Positions 9,742 to 19,278 of a stretch of DNA of 64,000 bases are shown here, piece by piece. The position numbers and the translations under genes were made by a program. Each line of letters begins with the position of its first letter. The stretch's first letter is position 1. The DNA is from Oscillospiraceae bacterium (lineage in GTDB: Bacteria; Bacillota; Clostridia; Oscillospirales; Oscillospiraceae). The notes under the pieces were generated by a model, which made no database searches, was not told the DNA's origin, and was given only the letters and a program-made list of their open reading frames with translations. Location of the stretch: positions 62,420-126,419 of the forward strand of contig WRAB01000002.1 of the NCBI GenBank assembly GCA_009780435.1. The letters are read 5' to 3'.

Positions 9742-10662
9742 ATGATTGAAGAAAAAATTGTCGTCGGCAGTGAATTCCCGTTAAATGGCCTATTGACGAT
9801 CCCAGACGGTGGAAGCGGCCCATATCCAGCGGCTGTTCTCGTACACGGCTCCGGCCCCTCTGATATGAACGAAGCCGTCTACGGCGTCAAACCGTTCCAG
9901 GATCTTGCCGCGGGCCTGGCGCAGCATAATATTGCGAGTATCCGCTATGATAAACGTACATTTGCCCACGCCAAACAGATGGCAAAATTAAAACAGATCA
10001 CAGTAAAAGAAGAGACCATTGAAGATGCGATTCTGGCCACGGATATCCTGAGAAATGACCCCAAAATTGATCCCAATCGAATTTTCATTATCGGCCACAG
10101 CATGGGCGGTATGCTGGCCCCCCGCATTGACGTGGAAGGTGGCAACTATGCCGGGCTGGTTATTTTAGCCGGTACCCCCAGAAGGCTGGAAGAGGTCATG
10201 TTGTCACAAAATGAGGAGTTTTTACAAACAGCCAATCCCGTAGTCAAGTGGATCGGCAAGAGACAAGTGAAAAAACTATTTGCAAAGTTTGAACACCTCT
10301 ATGATATGAGCGATGAAGAGGCGAGAAAGACCCCCGTACTCGGAAAACATGTGATGGCGATCTATTTCAAAGACATGGGCAAAAAGCAGGTGCGTGAATA
10401 TTTGGAGGCGAGTACGAAGCCCGTTTTCGTCCTGCACGGCGAAGGGGATTTTCAAGTCACCGTGAAAGATGACTTTGCGTTATACAAAGACATCTTAAAA
10501 AACCACCCAAACGCCACATGCAAACTCTATCCCGGCTTGAACCATATGCTCATGCCCGTTGTCTACGGTGATATCAGGAAAGCAAAGAAAGAGTATTCCA
10601 AACCGCAACACATGGCAGAGTACGTCATCGCCGATATAGCGGCATGGATTCACAAAATATAA
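9742..10662 (+). CDS. Alpha/beta-fold serine hydrolase
   Basis: The nucleophile elbow GHSMGG is present, along with HG near the N-terminus and a late His (NHML). Confidence 0.8.
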   Translation: MIEEKIVVGSEFPLNGLLTIPDGGSGPYPAAVLVHGSGPSDMNEAVYGVKPFQDLAAGLAQHNIASIRYDKRTFAHAKQMAKLKQITVKEETIEDAILATDILRNDPKIDPNRIFIIGHSMGGMLAPRIDVEGGNYAGLVILAGTPRRLEEVMLSQNEEFLQTANPVVKWIGKRQVKKLFAKFEHLYDMSDEEARKTPVLGKHVMAIYFKDMGKKQVREYLEASTKPVFVLHGEGDFQVTVKDDFALYKDILKNHPNATCKLYPGLNHMLMPVVYGDIRKAKKEYSKPQHMAEYVIADIAAWIHKI

Positions 10663-10679
10663 GCTATTTTAGTCCATAA

Positions 10680-10720
10680 AACTACCCGGCATCTGCCCTG
10701 GAGGCAGATGCCGGGTAGTT
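10680..10720. terminator. Bidirectional intrinsic terminator between the hydrolase gene and adhE (convergent)
   Basis: An 18-bp perfect stem (aactacccggcatctgcc / ggcagatgccgggtagtt) with a 5-nt loop, flanked by an A-run on one side and a T/G-run on the other. Confidence 0.8.
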
Positions 10721-10751
10721 TGGGGTTATTTCAGCGCTATTTCAGCACTAT

Positions 10752-13352
10752 TTACGCTCCATCAAACGCCTGTAAATACATCTCACGGATCTCCGCCATG
10801 AGTGGATAGCGAGGGTTTGCGCCAATGCACTGGTCGTCAAACGCCTGCTCAACCATGTCGTCCAAGCGGGCCTTGAAGTCCTGTGCGGAGATGCCATAGT
10901 CTTTGATGCTGGGCAGAATTCCCACATGGGCCTTGAGCGTTTTGATCTTCTCAATCAGGCGTTCGATCTTCTCCGCCTTCGTCTTACCGCCCAAGCCCAA
11001 GGCGTCGGCGATGGCCGCATATTTATTGGATGCATGGGGGTGGGTGTACTGGGAGAACGTCCCCATCTTCGCGGGGGAGTCGTCCATGTTGAACCGGATG
11101 ACCTGCTCAATCAAGAGTGCATTGGCCACACCGTGGGGCAGTTCAAACATGGCCCCCAATTTATGGGCCATGGCATGGCAGACACCCAGAAAGGCGTTGG
11201 CAAATGCCATCCCCGCCATGGTGGATGCGTTAGCCATATTCTCTCTCGCCTCGGGATCGTTTGGCCCGTTGTCATAGGCCCGCTCCAGGCTACCGAAGAG
11301 GAGTTTAAGGGCCTCCAACGCCATCCCATCCGTATAGGGTGTGGCGAGGAGGGAGACATAGGCCTCCAGCGCGTGGGTCAAGACGTCTAACCCGGATGCC
11401 GCCGTGAGGTTCTTGGGCATGTGCATCATCAAATCCGCATCCACAATGGCCATCTGTGGGAGCAGTTCATAGTCGGCGATGGGATACTTTGCACCGGTCT
11501 TCTCGTCGATGATAACCGCAAAGGGTGTGACCTCTGATCCCGTCCCCGCCGTGGTGGGAATGGCGATGAAATACGCCTTCCCTCCCATCTTTGGGAACGT
11601 GTACACCTTCTTGCGAATATCCATAAAGCGCATGGCCGTATCCAGAAAATCCGTCTCCGGGTGCTCGTAGAGGAGCCACATAATTTTTGCCGCGTCCATG
11701 GGTGAGCCGCCGCCGAAGGCGATGATGCAGTCCGGCTCGAATAAGCGCATCTGCGCCGCGCCCTGCCGGGCGCTCTCCAGCGTGGGATCCGGCTCTACGT
11801 CGAAGAAGGTGGCGTGTTGTATGCCCATTTCATCCAGCTTATCTGTGACGGGTTTCAGATTTCCGTTTTTATATAAGAATCCATCCGTCACGATGAACAC
11901 TTTTTTCTTGCCCAACACTGCCCCCAACTCGTCTAAGGCGATGGGCAAGGAGCCTCTCTTGTGGTAGACTTTCGGCGGCGTGCGGAACCAGAGCATATTC
12001 TCTCTCCTCTCGGCGACGGTTTTGATGTTGAGCAGATGTTTGACCCCCACATTGTCAGAGGTCGAGTTCTTCCCCCAATAACCGCACCCTAAGGTGAGGG
12101 ATGGCGGCAGACTAAAGTTATACAAATCCCCAATGGCCCCGTGGGAGGAGGGGGTGTTGAGTAGAATCCGACAGGTCTTCATCCGCTGCTGGAACTGCGC
12201 ATATTTCTCAGGTTCCACCAGGGGATCAATGTAGATAGACGCAGTATGTCCCAATCCGCCGTCTCCGATGAGTTTCTCGGCGATATCCAGCGCTTTTTCA
12301 AAGGTCTTCGGCCGGTACATGGCCAAAACCGGAGAGAGTTTCTCATGGGCAAAGGGCTCTTCCATGGTGTAGTCGGTGACCTCGCCGATCAGAATCTTCG
12401 TCCCCTTCGGCACTGTAATCCCAGCCAGCTCTGCGATGTCACAGGCGCTCTGACCTACGATTTTCGCATTCAGGTTGCCGTTAATCAATATGATCTTCCG
12501 CACCTGTTCCGTCTCGACTTTCGTCAGGATATGGCACCCACGATCCTGAAACTCCTGCTTGGCCGCGTCATAGACCTCATCCACAATGATTACAGCCTGC
12601 TCTGAGGCACAGATCACGCCGTTGTCAAAGGTCTTGGATAAAATGATGGAGTTGACCGCCGTCTTGATGTCCGCCGATGCGTCTACAATAGCGGGGACGT
12701 TCCCGGGGCCGACACCCAGGGCGGGTACGCCGCTGGAATAGGCCGCTTTTACCATCCCCGGCCCGCCTGTGGCGAGGATCGCATCTGTCTCTTTCATCAC
12801 GGCGTTGGTCAGTTCCAGAGATGGCACGTCAATCCAGCCGATAATCCCCGCCGGCGCCCCTGCCGCAACGGCGGCCTCCAGGAGTATTTTCGCCGCTGCA
12901 ATGGTGCATCCCTTGGCTCTCGGATGGGGGCTGATCATAATGCCGTTTCTGGTCTTTAACGCGAGTAAAATTTTAAAAATGGTCGTAGATGTGGGGTTGG
13001 TCGTGGGGATCACAGCGCCAATGACGCCCAATGGCTCTGCAATCTTTTTAATGCCAAAAGCGATGTCCGATTCGATGATCCCACAGGTCTTGGTATCCTT
13101 GTATTTGTTGTAGACATACTCTGCGGCATAATGATTTTTAATTACCTTGTCTTCCACGATCCCCATACCCGTCTCTTCCCGCGCCAGTTTCGCCAGGGGA
13201 ATCCGGGCTCGGTTCGCCGCCATGGCGGCGGCTTTGAATATTTCATCTACTTGCACCTGGGAGTAGGCAGAAAACTTCTTCCCCGCCTCGCGAATTGTGT
13301 TTAATCCCTCTTGCAAGCTCTGCACACTATCAATTGTCCGATATGTTACCAT
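10752..13352 (-). CDS. adhE: Bifunctional acetaldehyde-CoA / alcohol dehydrogenase
   Basis: Roughly 870 aa, with an N-terminal aldehyde dehydrogenase domain and a C-terminal iron-type alcohol dehydrogenase domain. The start MVTYRTIDSVQSLQEGLNTIREAGKKF matches typical AdhE N-termini. An AAGGTG RBS lies 9 nt upstream of ATG 13352. The track start at 13385 would lie inside the promoter/Rex box. Confidence 0.95.
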   Translation of the reverse strand: MVTYRTIDSVQSLQEGLNTIREAGKKFSAYSQVQVDEIFKAAAMAANRARIPLAKLAREETGMGIVEDKVIKNHYAAEYVYNKYKDTKTCGIIESDIAFGIKKIAEPLGVIGAVIPTTNPTSTTIFKILLALKTRNGIMISPHPRAKGCTIAAAKILLEAAVAAGAPAGIIGWIDVPSLELTNAVMKETDAILATGGPGMVKAAYSSGVPALGVGPGNVPAIVDASADIKTAVNSIILSKTFDNGVICASEQAVIIVDEVYDAAKQEFQDRGCHILTKVETEQVRKIILINGNLNAKIVGQSACDIAELAGITVPKGTKILIGEVTDYTMEEPFAHEKLSPVLAMYRPKTFEKALDIAEKLIGDGGLGHTASIYIDPLVEPEKYAQFQQRMKTCRILLNTPSSHGAIGDLYNFSLPPSLTLGCGYWGKNSTSDNVGVKHLLNIKTVAERRENMLWFRTPPKVYHKRGSLPIALDELGAVLGKKKVFIVTDGFLYKNGNLKPVTDKLDEMGIQHATFFDVEPDPTLESARQGAAQMRLFEPDCIIAFGGGSPMDAAKIMWLLYEHPETDFLDTAMRFMDIRKKVYTFPKMGGKAYFIAIPTTAGTGSEVTPFAVIIDEKTGAKYPIADYELLPQMAIVDADLMMHMPKNLTAASGLDVLTHALEAYVSLLATPYTDGMALEALKLLFGSLERAYDNGPNDPEARENMANASTMAGMAFANAFLGVCHAMAHKLGAMFELPHGVANALLIEQVIRFNMDDSPAKMGTFSQYTHPHASNKYAAIADALGLGGKTKAEKIERLIEKIKTLKAHVGILPSIKDYGISAQDFKARLDDMVEQAFDDQCIGANPRYPLMAEIREMYLQAFDGA

Positions 13353-13383
13353 GTCATAGTTCACCTTTCCTATGTTATCGAGC

Positions 13384-13401
13384 ATGTTAAAATTTTAACA
13401 C
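13384..13401. promoter_or_regulatory. Rex operator 1 (aTGTTAAaattTTAACAc), overlapping the adhE -10 element
   Basis: It matches the clostridial Rex consensus TTGTTAA-N4-TTAACAA at 12 of 14 half-site positions. Confidence 0.65.
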
Positions 13402-13421
13402 ACTTCTCCGTCACTTTTCAA
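13392..13421 (-). promoter_or_regulatory. adhE promoter
   Basis: On the minus strand: TTGAAA, an 18-nt spacer, then TGtTAAAAT (extended -10). The inferred leader of about 33 nt contains the RBS. Confidence 0.5.
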
Positions 13422-13442
13422 GGCTGGAAACCACCAAGAATA

Positions 13443-13460
13443 TTGTTAAAATTTTAACGA
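13443..13460. promoter_or_regulatory. Rex operator 2 (TTGTTAAaattTTAACGA)
   Basis: 13 of 14 half-site matches to TTGTTAA-N4-TTAACAA. It lies 59 bp from operator 1. Confidence 0.65.
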
Positions 13461-13513
13461 TATTGTGCACGTTGCCAACACCAGCAGTTGCACGCCTCTT
13501 TCAAAATTCACGT

Positions 13514-13550
13514 AAAAAGTCGCAGAAAACGTTGTCTCTGCGACTTTTTT
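13514..13550 (-). terminator. Intrinsic terminator of selO
   Basis: Stem gtcgcag/ctgcgac, flanked by A5 on one side and T6 on the other. It begins 14 nt after the selO stop. Confidence 0.7.
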
Positions 13551-13563
13551 GCAATTGCGTTCT

Positions 13564-15009
13564 TTAAGTCCCGCAAAATGTTTTATAGTTGCACACGGTT
13601 GGCTCGGGCGTTGCGGTGTATCCTTCCGATGCCTCATAGGGCTTGCTCAGCGCATGGAGCAGATTGTCCATGACTGAAAAATCTCCCAGTTCCGCCGCAA
13701 TCAACGCCTCTTCCACGCGATGATTTCTTGGGATTACTGCCGGGTTGTGCTGTTTCATCCGTTCTACGCCCCCATTGATCCCCTGGGGCTGCCGATTTAA
13801 TTTGGCCTGCCATTTTTTCTGCCAGAGATGCCCTTCGGACACCTCAAATAATGGCGACACGTTTGGATCAGGAGCGGATAGGGCGCGAAATGTGTTGGTG
13901 TAGTCCAGTTGATGCCGCTCCATCAAATCTAGCAGTTCTTCAATCAGATCCATATCCTCCGGCTCTTCGTGAACGATCCCCAGCTTGGACCGCATTCCGG
14001 CAAGCCAGGCGTTGTTATAGCATGTCCAATACGTTTCGATCTCTCTTTGGGCCAGATTGATGGCGTTCTCTCTGCTCTCATGGAGCAGGGGCAAGAGAGA
14101 TTCTGCGAATCTGGACAAATTCCAGAACCCTGCCATAGGCTGATTTTTATACGCATACCGACCCGCCGTGTCAATGGAGCTGAACACCGTGTTCGGGTCA
14201 TAGGCATCCAGAAAGGCGCAGGGGCCATAGTCGATGGTCTCCCCGGAAATCGCCATGTTATCTGTATTCATCACGCCGTGGACAAAACCCACCAACTGCC
14301 ATTTGGCGATCAAATCCGCCTGGAGCCGGACGACTTCCCGAAAAAACAGCAAATATTTGTTTTGATCCTGATAATCTGGATGTTCCAACCAGGGGAAATG
14401 CCGCCGAATGCTGTAGTCTGCCAGTTTGCGTAGACCGTCCTCCGTACCGAAAACCGCGATATAGTGAAATGTCCCCACCCGGATGTGGCTGGACGCCACC
14501 CGTGTCAACACAGCCCCCTGTAGCACCGTCTCCCGAATCACATTTTTTCCGGTCAAAACAACTGCCAGAGAGCGGGTTGTGGGGATCCCCAGGGCGAACA
14601 TGGCCTCGCTGATGATATACTCTCGGAGCATAGGTGAGAGGGCCGCCTGCCCGTCCCCCTGCCGGGAATAAGGGGTTTTGCCAGAACCCTTCAACTGGAC
14701 ATCAAATCTGCGTCCGTCCGGCGTGATCTGCTCACCCAGCAGGACTGCCCGCCCATCTCCCAGCATGGCGAAGTGGCCGAATTGAAATCCGGCATAGGCC
14801 TGGGCGATGGGCTTTGCACCCGAAGGCAACTCTGTGCCCGCGAATATTTCCGGGGCATTTTTCAATTGATCTACGTTTAACCCCAATATCTGGGCGAGCC
14901 CCTGATTAAACACAACCATCTCCGGCGCGGGGGCGGCCGTCGGCGTTTGACATCGGTAAAATATTTTAGGCAGCGCTGCATAGGTGTGCTCCAACTTCCA
15001 ACCGTCCAT
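13564..15009 (-). CDS. selO: Protein adenylyltransferase SelO (YdiU/UPF0061 family)
   Basis: The sequence has family-typical content (for example [10 protein letters not shown] and HGVMNTDNM). ATG 15009 is preceded by a GGAGAGGAGGG RBS. The longer track ORF starts further upstream and has no RBS. Confidence 0.88.
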   Translation of the reverse strand: MDGWKLEHTYAALPKIFYRCQTPTAAPAPEMVVFNQGLAQILGLNVDQLKNAPEIFAGTELPSGAKPIAQAYAGFQFGHFAMLGDGRAVLLGEQITPDGRRFDVQLKGSGKTPYSRQGDGQAALSPMLREYIISEAMFALGIPTTRSLAVVLTGKNVIRETVLQGAVLTRVASSHIRVGTFHYIAVFGTEDGLRKLADYSIRRHFPWLEHPDYQDQNKYLLFFREVVRLQADLIAKWQLVGFVHGVMNTDNMAISGETIDYGPCAFLDAYDPNTVFSSIDTAGRYAYKNQPMAGFWNLSRFAESLLPLLHESRENAINLAQREIETYWTCYNNAWLAGMRSKLGIVHEEPEDMDLIEELLDLMERHQLDYTNTFRALSAPDPNVSPLFEVSEGHLWQKKWQAKLNRQPQGINGGVERMKQHNPAVIPRNHRVEEALIAAELGDFSVMDNLLHALSKPYEASEGYTATPEPTVCNYKTFCGT

Positions 15010-15212
15010 AGCCGCCCTCCTCTCCGCCGTGAGTTTATATAGGAGTATTCTTTCGTAAATCATTATAATCTATACCACACCGAGATGCAAAGTTGCATTG
15101 GAATTTTGGGACAGGTTGTGGTAAAATTGATAAAAACACGACAACGCGCCTATAGGGGCGGGGTCCGCCCCCGTCCGTGTATAGCACCAAACTCGAAAGG
15201 AACGATACCGAC

Positions 15213-15896
15213 ATGGAGAAACAAATGCCCACCTACAACAGTATGATCGACCACACACTGCTCAAAGCCGCCGCTACGGCGGCGGATATCAAGACACTGT
15301 GCGCCGAGGCACGGGAACACCAGTTCGCCTCTGTCTGTGTCAATCCGTCTTATGTAGCGCTTAGTAGTGAATTTCTCAGGGGTAGCGGTGTAAAAGTCTG
15401 CACCGTGGTCGGATTTCCCCTGGGGGCCACCACCTCAGAAACCAAGGCATTCGAGGCGGGGGAGGCCATCAAAAATGGTGCGACGGAAGTGGACATGGTC
15501 CTCAACGTTGGCGCCGTAAAATCTGGTGACTGGGATCTGGTCGAGCGCGATATCGAGGCGGTGGCCACCGCTGTACGGGACAAGGCGCTACTCAAGGTGA
15601 TTTTTGAGACCTGCTTGCTCACAGACGAGGAAAAGATACAGGCCTGTGCGATCTGTAAGGCTGTTGGCGTCGATTTTGTTAAGACCTCCACAGGGTTTTC
15701 CACCGGCGGCGCCACGGTGGCGGACATTCGACTTATGCGTCGAGCCGTAGGTTCTGAGATGGGCGTCAAGGCCTCCGGTGGGGTGAAGACCGCGGCGGAC
15801 GCCAAAGCCATGGTCGAGGCGGGTGCAACCCGGCTGGGTACCAGTTCCGGCGTCGCCATCGTGTCAGGCGGACCCGAAACAGGCGGAACGTATTAG
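15213..15896 (+). CDS. deoC: Deoxyribose-phosphate aldolase
   Basis: IDHTLLK..., VCVNP and the Schiff-base region FVKTSTGF are present. The start is ATG 15213, preceded by an AAAGGAA RBS. Confidence 0.92.
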   Translation: MEKQMPTYNSMIDHTLLKAAATAADIKTLCAEAREHQFASVCVNPSYVALSSEFLRGSGVKVCTVVGFPLGATTSETKAFEAGEAIKNGATEVDMVLNVGAVKSGDWDLVERDIEAVATAVRDKALLKVIFETCLLTDEEKIQACAICKAVGVDFVKTSTGFSTGGATVADIRLMRRAVGSEMGVKASGGVKTAADAKAMVEAGATRLGTSSGVAIVSGGPETGGTY

Positions 15897-15916
15897 GACA
15901 AGATTTGTCACAATAT

Positions 15917-15957
15917 AAAAAGCCGAGGGTACAGTCTCTGTTCTCCTCGGCTTTTTT
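15917..15957 (+). terminator. Intrinsic terminator of deoC
   Basis: Stem agccgagg / cctcggct followed by TTTTTT. Confidence 0.8.
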
Positions 15958-16066
15958 GCGGGACGATGTGGGAATCATTCTACAGTGTACAACACGGGCG
16001 CACATTGTGCGCCCCTACGAACACTGCAAATAGTCATACATTGTGGGACAATGTGGGCATCGTCCT

Positions 16067-16240
16067 CTACTTTTTCCAAGTCTGATAAAGGGCGATAATC
16101 TTGGCGAACTTATTGCCGCCGCCTTGTCCCATCTGGCTTAAGATCACTTTTTCTAGCCCCTCCAACACCTGCTCTGTCGTCTGTACATCCACGCCGCCGG
16201 CCGCCCGGGCGACCATTTGATTAATTGCGTCCCTGTCCAT
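16067..16240 (-). CDS. Small 57-aa protein resembling only the N-terminal helical arm of HU/IHF-type proteins
   Basis: Below the ORF-track cutoff, so I translated it myself: MDRDAINQMVARAAGGVDVQTTEQVLEGLEKVILSQMGQGGGNKFAKIIALYQTWKK. A strong AAAGGAGG RBS lies 6 nt upstream of the ATG. The HU similarity is judged by eye only. Confidence 0.5.
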   Translation of the reverse strand: MDRDAINQMVARAAGGVDVQTTEQVLEGLEKVILSQMGQGGGNKFAKIIALYQTWKK

Positions 16241-16416
16241 CTCTTGCCTCCTTTTTCAATAGTATCTCATATCAGCTTATTCTGATATCCGGAGGGCTAG
16301 AAGTCAGTAGGCGGTTCACAGAATTATTTCCATTCTTTATGAAATATTCATCTGCCATTGCATATGGAATTTCCCGACAAGCACCTTGAGCGCTTGGAAT
16401 CTTTGGGTTTTACACA

Positions 16417-16437
16417 TTATCCACATAGTTTTCCACA
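16417..16437 (+). promoter_or_regulatory. Two tandem DnaA-box-like 9-mers (TTATCCACA and TTTTCCACA)
   Basis: A perfect consensus box at 16417-16425 and a one-mismatch box at 16429-16437, in the same orientation and 3 nt apart. Confidence 0.4.
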
Positions 16438-16514
16438 ATAACTTTTTGGAAAATCAGGTCAGATTATGCATGTACCTTTGACATAATGTCGAAGTCCATC
16501 GGATTTTGCGGAGA

Positions 16515-17279
16515 TTAAGAGAGCTTCCGCTTGTACAGTTGCACGGCAATGGTAAACGTGACAACGATAAGACCCACACTCCAAATCAATGCAATCGGCA
16601 ATGCATTGCCTGTCGGCGTACCCAGCATAAGGGCCCGGAGACTGTCAATAATGGGCGTCATGGGCTGGTGCTCGGCAAACCACCGAATGCTGTTGGGGAG
16701 CGTCTCAATGGGTGCAAAACCGGAACTGATATATGGCAAGAGGAAGAGGAGGAACGGATAGGTCCCGGCGCTCTCCGGCGCCTTTGCAATCAGCCCGCAA
16801 ATGACCCCGATCCAGGTGATGGCCAGGATAAACAGCGCCAGGATGCCTATGATGACCAGCCAGTCCGCAAAACTCGCCTGGGGTCGGAATCCGATGAGGA
16901 CGGCAATCCCAATAGCCACGGCGGCTGTAATCATGCTCCGCACCAGTGCGGCGATTACATGGCCTGTCAGCACGGCGGATTTGGAGATGGGCATGGAGCG
17001 GAACCGGTCTATAATTCCTTTCATCATGTCGTTATTGACATTGATCGCCGAAAACGTGACGCCCTGGGCAATGGTCTGTAATATAATTCCAGGCACGATG
17101 AAGTCGATCACAGTATAGCTGCCCATATCCATCACATTGTTAAATACAAGACCAAACAGCAACATCACAAACGCCGGCACGATAATCGCCGCACCAAAGG
17201 CCTCTGGGTTCCGAAATGTGATGCGCAGGCTGCGCTTGGACATGGTCCAAGAATCGAATAATACGTTTGATTTTCTCAT
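16515..17279 (-). CDS. ABC-2 type transporter permease (DrrB-like exporter)
   Basis: 254 aa with 6 TM segments, immediately downstream of a DrrA-like ATPase gene. Confidence 0.85.
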   Translation of the reverse strand: MRKSNVLFDSWTMSKRSLRITFRNPEAFGAAIIVPAFVMLLFGLVFNNVMDMGSYTVIDFIVPGIILQTIAQGVTFSAINVNNDMMKGIIDRFRSMPISKSAVLTGHVIAALVRSMITAAVAIGIAVLIGFRPQASFADWLVIIGILALFILAITWIGVICGLIAKAPESAGTYPFLLFLLPYISSGFAPIETLPNSIRWFAEHQPMTPIIDSLRALMLGTPTGNALPIALIWSVGLIVVTFTIAVQLYKRKLS

Positions 17280-17282
17280 TGT

Positions 17283-18245
17283 CTAATCATTCTCCTTTTT
17301 CTCGCCAATCAGGGTGAGGAACACATCTTCCAGTGAGGGCTGTTTTTGTGTAAAGCGGGCAATGGAGACGCCTGCGCTGTTCAATCGGGTCAAGACATCG
17401 GCAAACTGTCTAGCACTGCCATCTGTGGACACGTCAATGGAAGTTTCCGAACGCGCGCCGTTGTCGCCGGTTTTATTCTGTTTGACACGATACCCGTTCA
17501 ACAGTTCCCAAGCTTTTTTCGCATCGGCACGATTGTGGAAGTCCAACTGGATGCTCCCCTGGGGCAAAACCGTCTTCAGCTCGTCCGGTGTTCCCTCTGC
17601 GGTGATGACCCCCTCGTGGAGAATGGCGATATGGTCGGCCAGATATTCTGCCTCCTCCAAATATTGAGTGGTGAGAAAGATCGTTGTGCCGCCTTTCGCC
17701 AAGGCTTTGATCATATCCCACATGGCGATCCGATTTTGGGGATCCAGGCCCGTGGTGGGCTCGTCCAGGAAGATGACCTGGGGATTGCCCGTCAGGCTCA
17801 TGGCGATGTCCAGCCGACGGCGCATCCCGCCGGAATAGGTGGCGGCGGGGCGATCTGCGGCATCTTCCAGCCGGAAGGTAGCGAGCAGTTCCTCGGCCCG
17901 CTCTTTCACGTTGGGCAGGTGGTTGAGGTCGCCGATCAGTTGGAGATTTTCTCTCCCCGTCAGCGCCTCGTCCACGGCGGCGTATTGGCCCGTCAGGCTG
18001 ATGCACTCCCGCACACGATCCGCCTGGTGTACCACATCATAGCCGCAGATGCTGGCCGTGCCGCCGTCCAGCTTGGATAAGGTGGCAAGGATCCGAACGG
18101 CAGTTGTCTTTCCCGCCCCGTTGGAGCCTAAGAGGGCGAAGATGCTCCCCTTTTTAACCGTAAAATTGACCCCTTTCAAGACGTGTAGGCGCTTGAACGA
18201 TTTTTCCAGATGTTTGACTGCGATAATGTGCTCTGTCTGTTGCAA
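17283..18245 (-). CDS. ABC transporter ATP-binding protein (DrrA-like)
   Basis: Walker A GSNGAGKTT, signature YSGGMRRR and Walker [13 protein letters not shown] are present. Confidence 0.9.
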   Translation of the reverse strand: MQQTEHIIAVKHLEKSFKRLHVLKGVNFTVKKGSIFALLGSNGAGKTTAVRILATLSKLDGGTASICGYDVVHQADRVRECISLTGQYAAVDEALTGRENLQLIGDLNHLPNVKERAEELLATFRLEDAADRPAATYSGGMRRRLDIAMSLTGNPQVIFLDEPTTGLDPQNRIAMWDMIKALAKGGTTIFLTTQYLEEAEYLADHIAILHEGVITAEGTPDELKTVLPQGSIQLDFHNRADAKKAWELLNGYRVKQNKTGDNGARSETSIDVSTDGSARQFADVLTRLNSAGVSIARFTQKQPSLEDVFLTLIGEKKEND

Positions 18246-18313
18246 TGGTATATCCTCCTCAATTTATATACGTGGTGAATGTATGTATTTCGTCAAAAAA
18301 ATGTGCCTTTTGC

Positions 18314-18982
18314 TCAGGGTGTGTCAGGGCTGGAAGATACCCCTAAAAACTCGGCAAATACCTCGCCTTTTTCTAAGAAAGCATCGTCCATAATGGGCAT
18401 CCCTAGATTGTCAAAAATTTGCTTGATGAGCATGGCTTTTTCCTCAAACTCGGTCTCGTCCATGGGAAAAAAGGCGGGGACCATCCAAACTTGGAACAGT
18501 ACCGCAATCAGCTCTGACATCAGTTTGGCGTTGCCGGGCTGGATGGAACCGTCTGCCATACCCTCCTCAACCAGAGGTTGCACCATCTTGGCCATCTCCA
18601 GATTATCTTTAAAATGCTGGGCCAAAAAGTGCGGGCTGGATAATAAGGGCATGGCTATCTTACTCACTGCAATACGCTTTTCATCTGCGTAATCCTCCGT
18701 GCTGTATTGCATGACCATTTGGATTTTCTGCAGGCCGTTTAGATCTGTTTCCTCCTGCACTTTTTGAAAGGGATTATCCTCCTGGAACAGCTTATCCAGT
18801 AGGGCGTCAAACACTTCTTCTTTGGATTTAAAGTGGTGATAGAATGCGCCCCGGGTCATCCCGCCCATGCCGTTGACAATGTCCAGGATGGTGGTCTGCT
18901 CATATCCCTTTTTGAGGAACAGATCCATAGAGGCTTTTAGAATTTTCTGGACGGTCTCTTCCGGGTACTTATTCCGTGGCAT
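18314..18982 (-). CDS. TetR/AcrR-family transcriptional regulator
   Basis: The N-terminal HTH is FLKKGYEQTTILDIVNGMGGMTRGAFYHHFKSKEEV. It is the first gene of the tetR-ABC-ABC2 unit. Confidence 0.9.
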   Translation of the reverse strand: MPRNKYPEETVQKILKASMDLFLKKGYEQTTILDIVNGMGGMTRGAFYHHFKSKEEVFDALLDKLFQEDNPFQKVQEETDLNGLQKIQMVMQYSTEDYADEKRIAVSKIAMPLLSSPHFLAQHFKDNLEMAKMVQPLVEEGMADGSIQPGNAKLMSELIAVLFQVWMVPAFFPMDETEFEEKAMLIKQIFDNLGMPIMDDAFLEKGEVFAEFLGVSSSPDTP

Positions 18983-19017
18983 ATGGGCTCACCTCCGCTG
19001 TGTAATTCCAAACATAC

Positions 19018-19030
19018 ATACATCATGTAT
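19018..19030. promoter_or_regulatory. 13-bp perfect palindrome ATACAT-c-ATGTAT upstream of tetR (candidate operator)
   Basis: Read from the sequence, about 40 nt upstream of the tetR start. A related half-site, ATGTATGTAT, occurs at about 18281 upstream of the ATPase gene. Confidence 0.3.
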
Positions 19031-19278
19031 TTATGATAGCAGATGTATATTCTGCTGTCAATACTTTTTTTGAAAGTTTATGTTACAAAGAGTGGCGACG
19101 GTTGTTTTCGTGTCCCTGCAACACGTTTCTTGCCCGTCTGGTGAAGTGGACTTTTTAGCTGTAGGATTTTTCAAACGGAGAGCGCACTTGACATTTTTAT
19201 TTTTCTATACTATCATAATGGAAAGTTTGCTTTCCGTTTGGAAAAGGAGGGTGTAACGAATTTTTATTTGAGGAGGGT

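Noticed and set aside
16241-16514. A replication origin, considered because of the DnaA boxes and because mnmG lies 10 kb away.
   Set aside because: There are only two boxes and no AT-rich repeat or unwinding element. dnaA, dnaN, rpmH, parAB, rsmG and mnmE are all absent from the vicinity. mnmG here is flanked by glyQS and unrelated genes.
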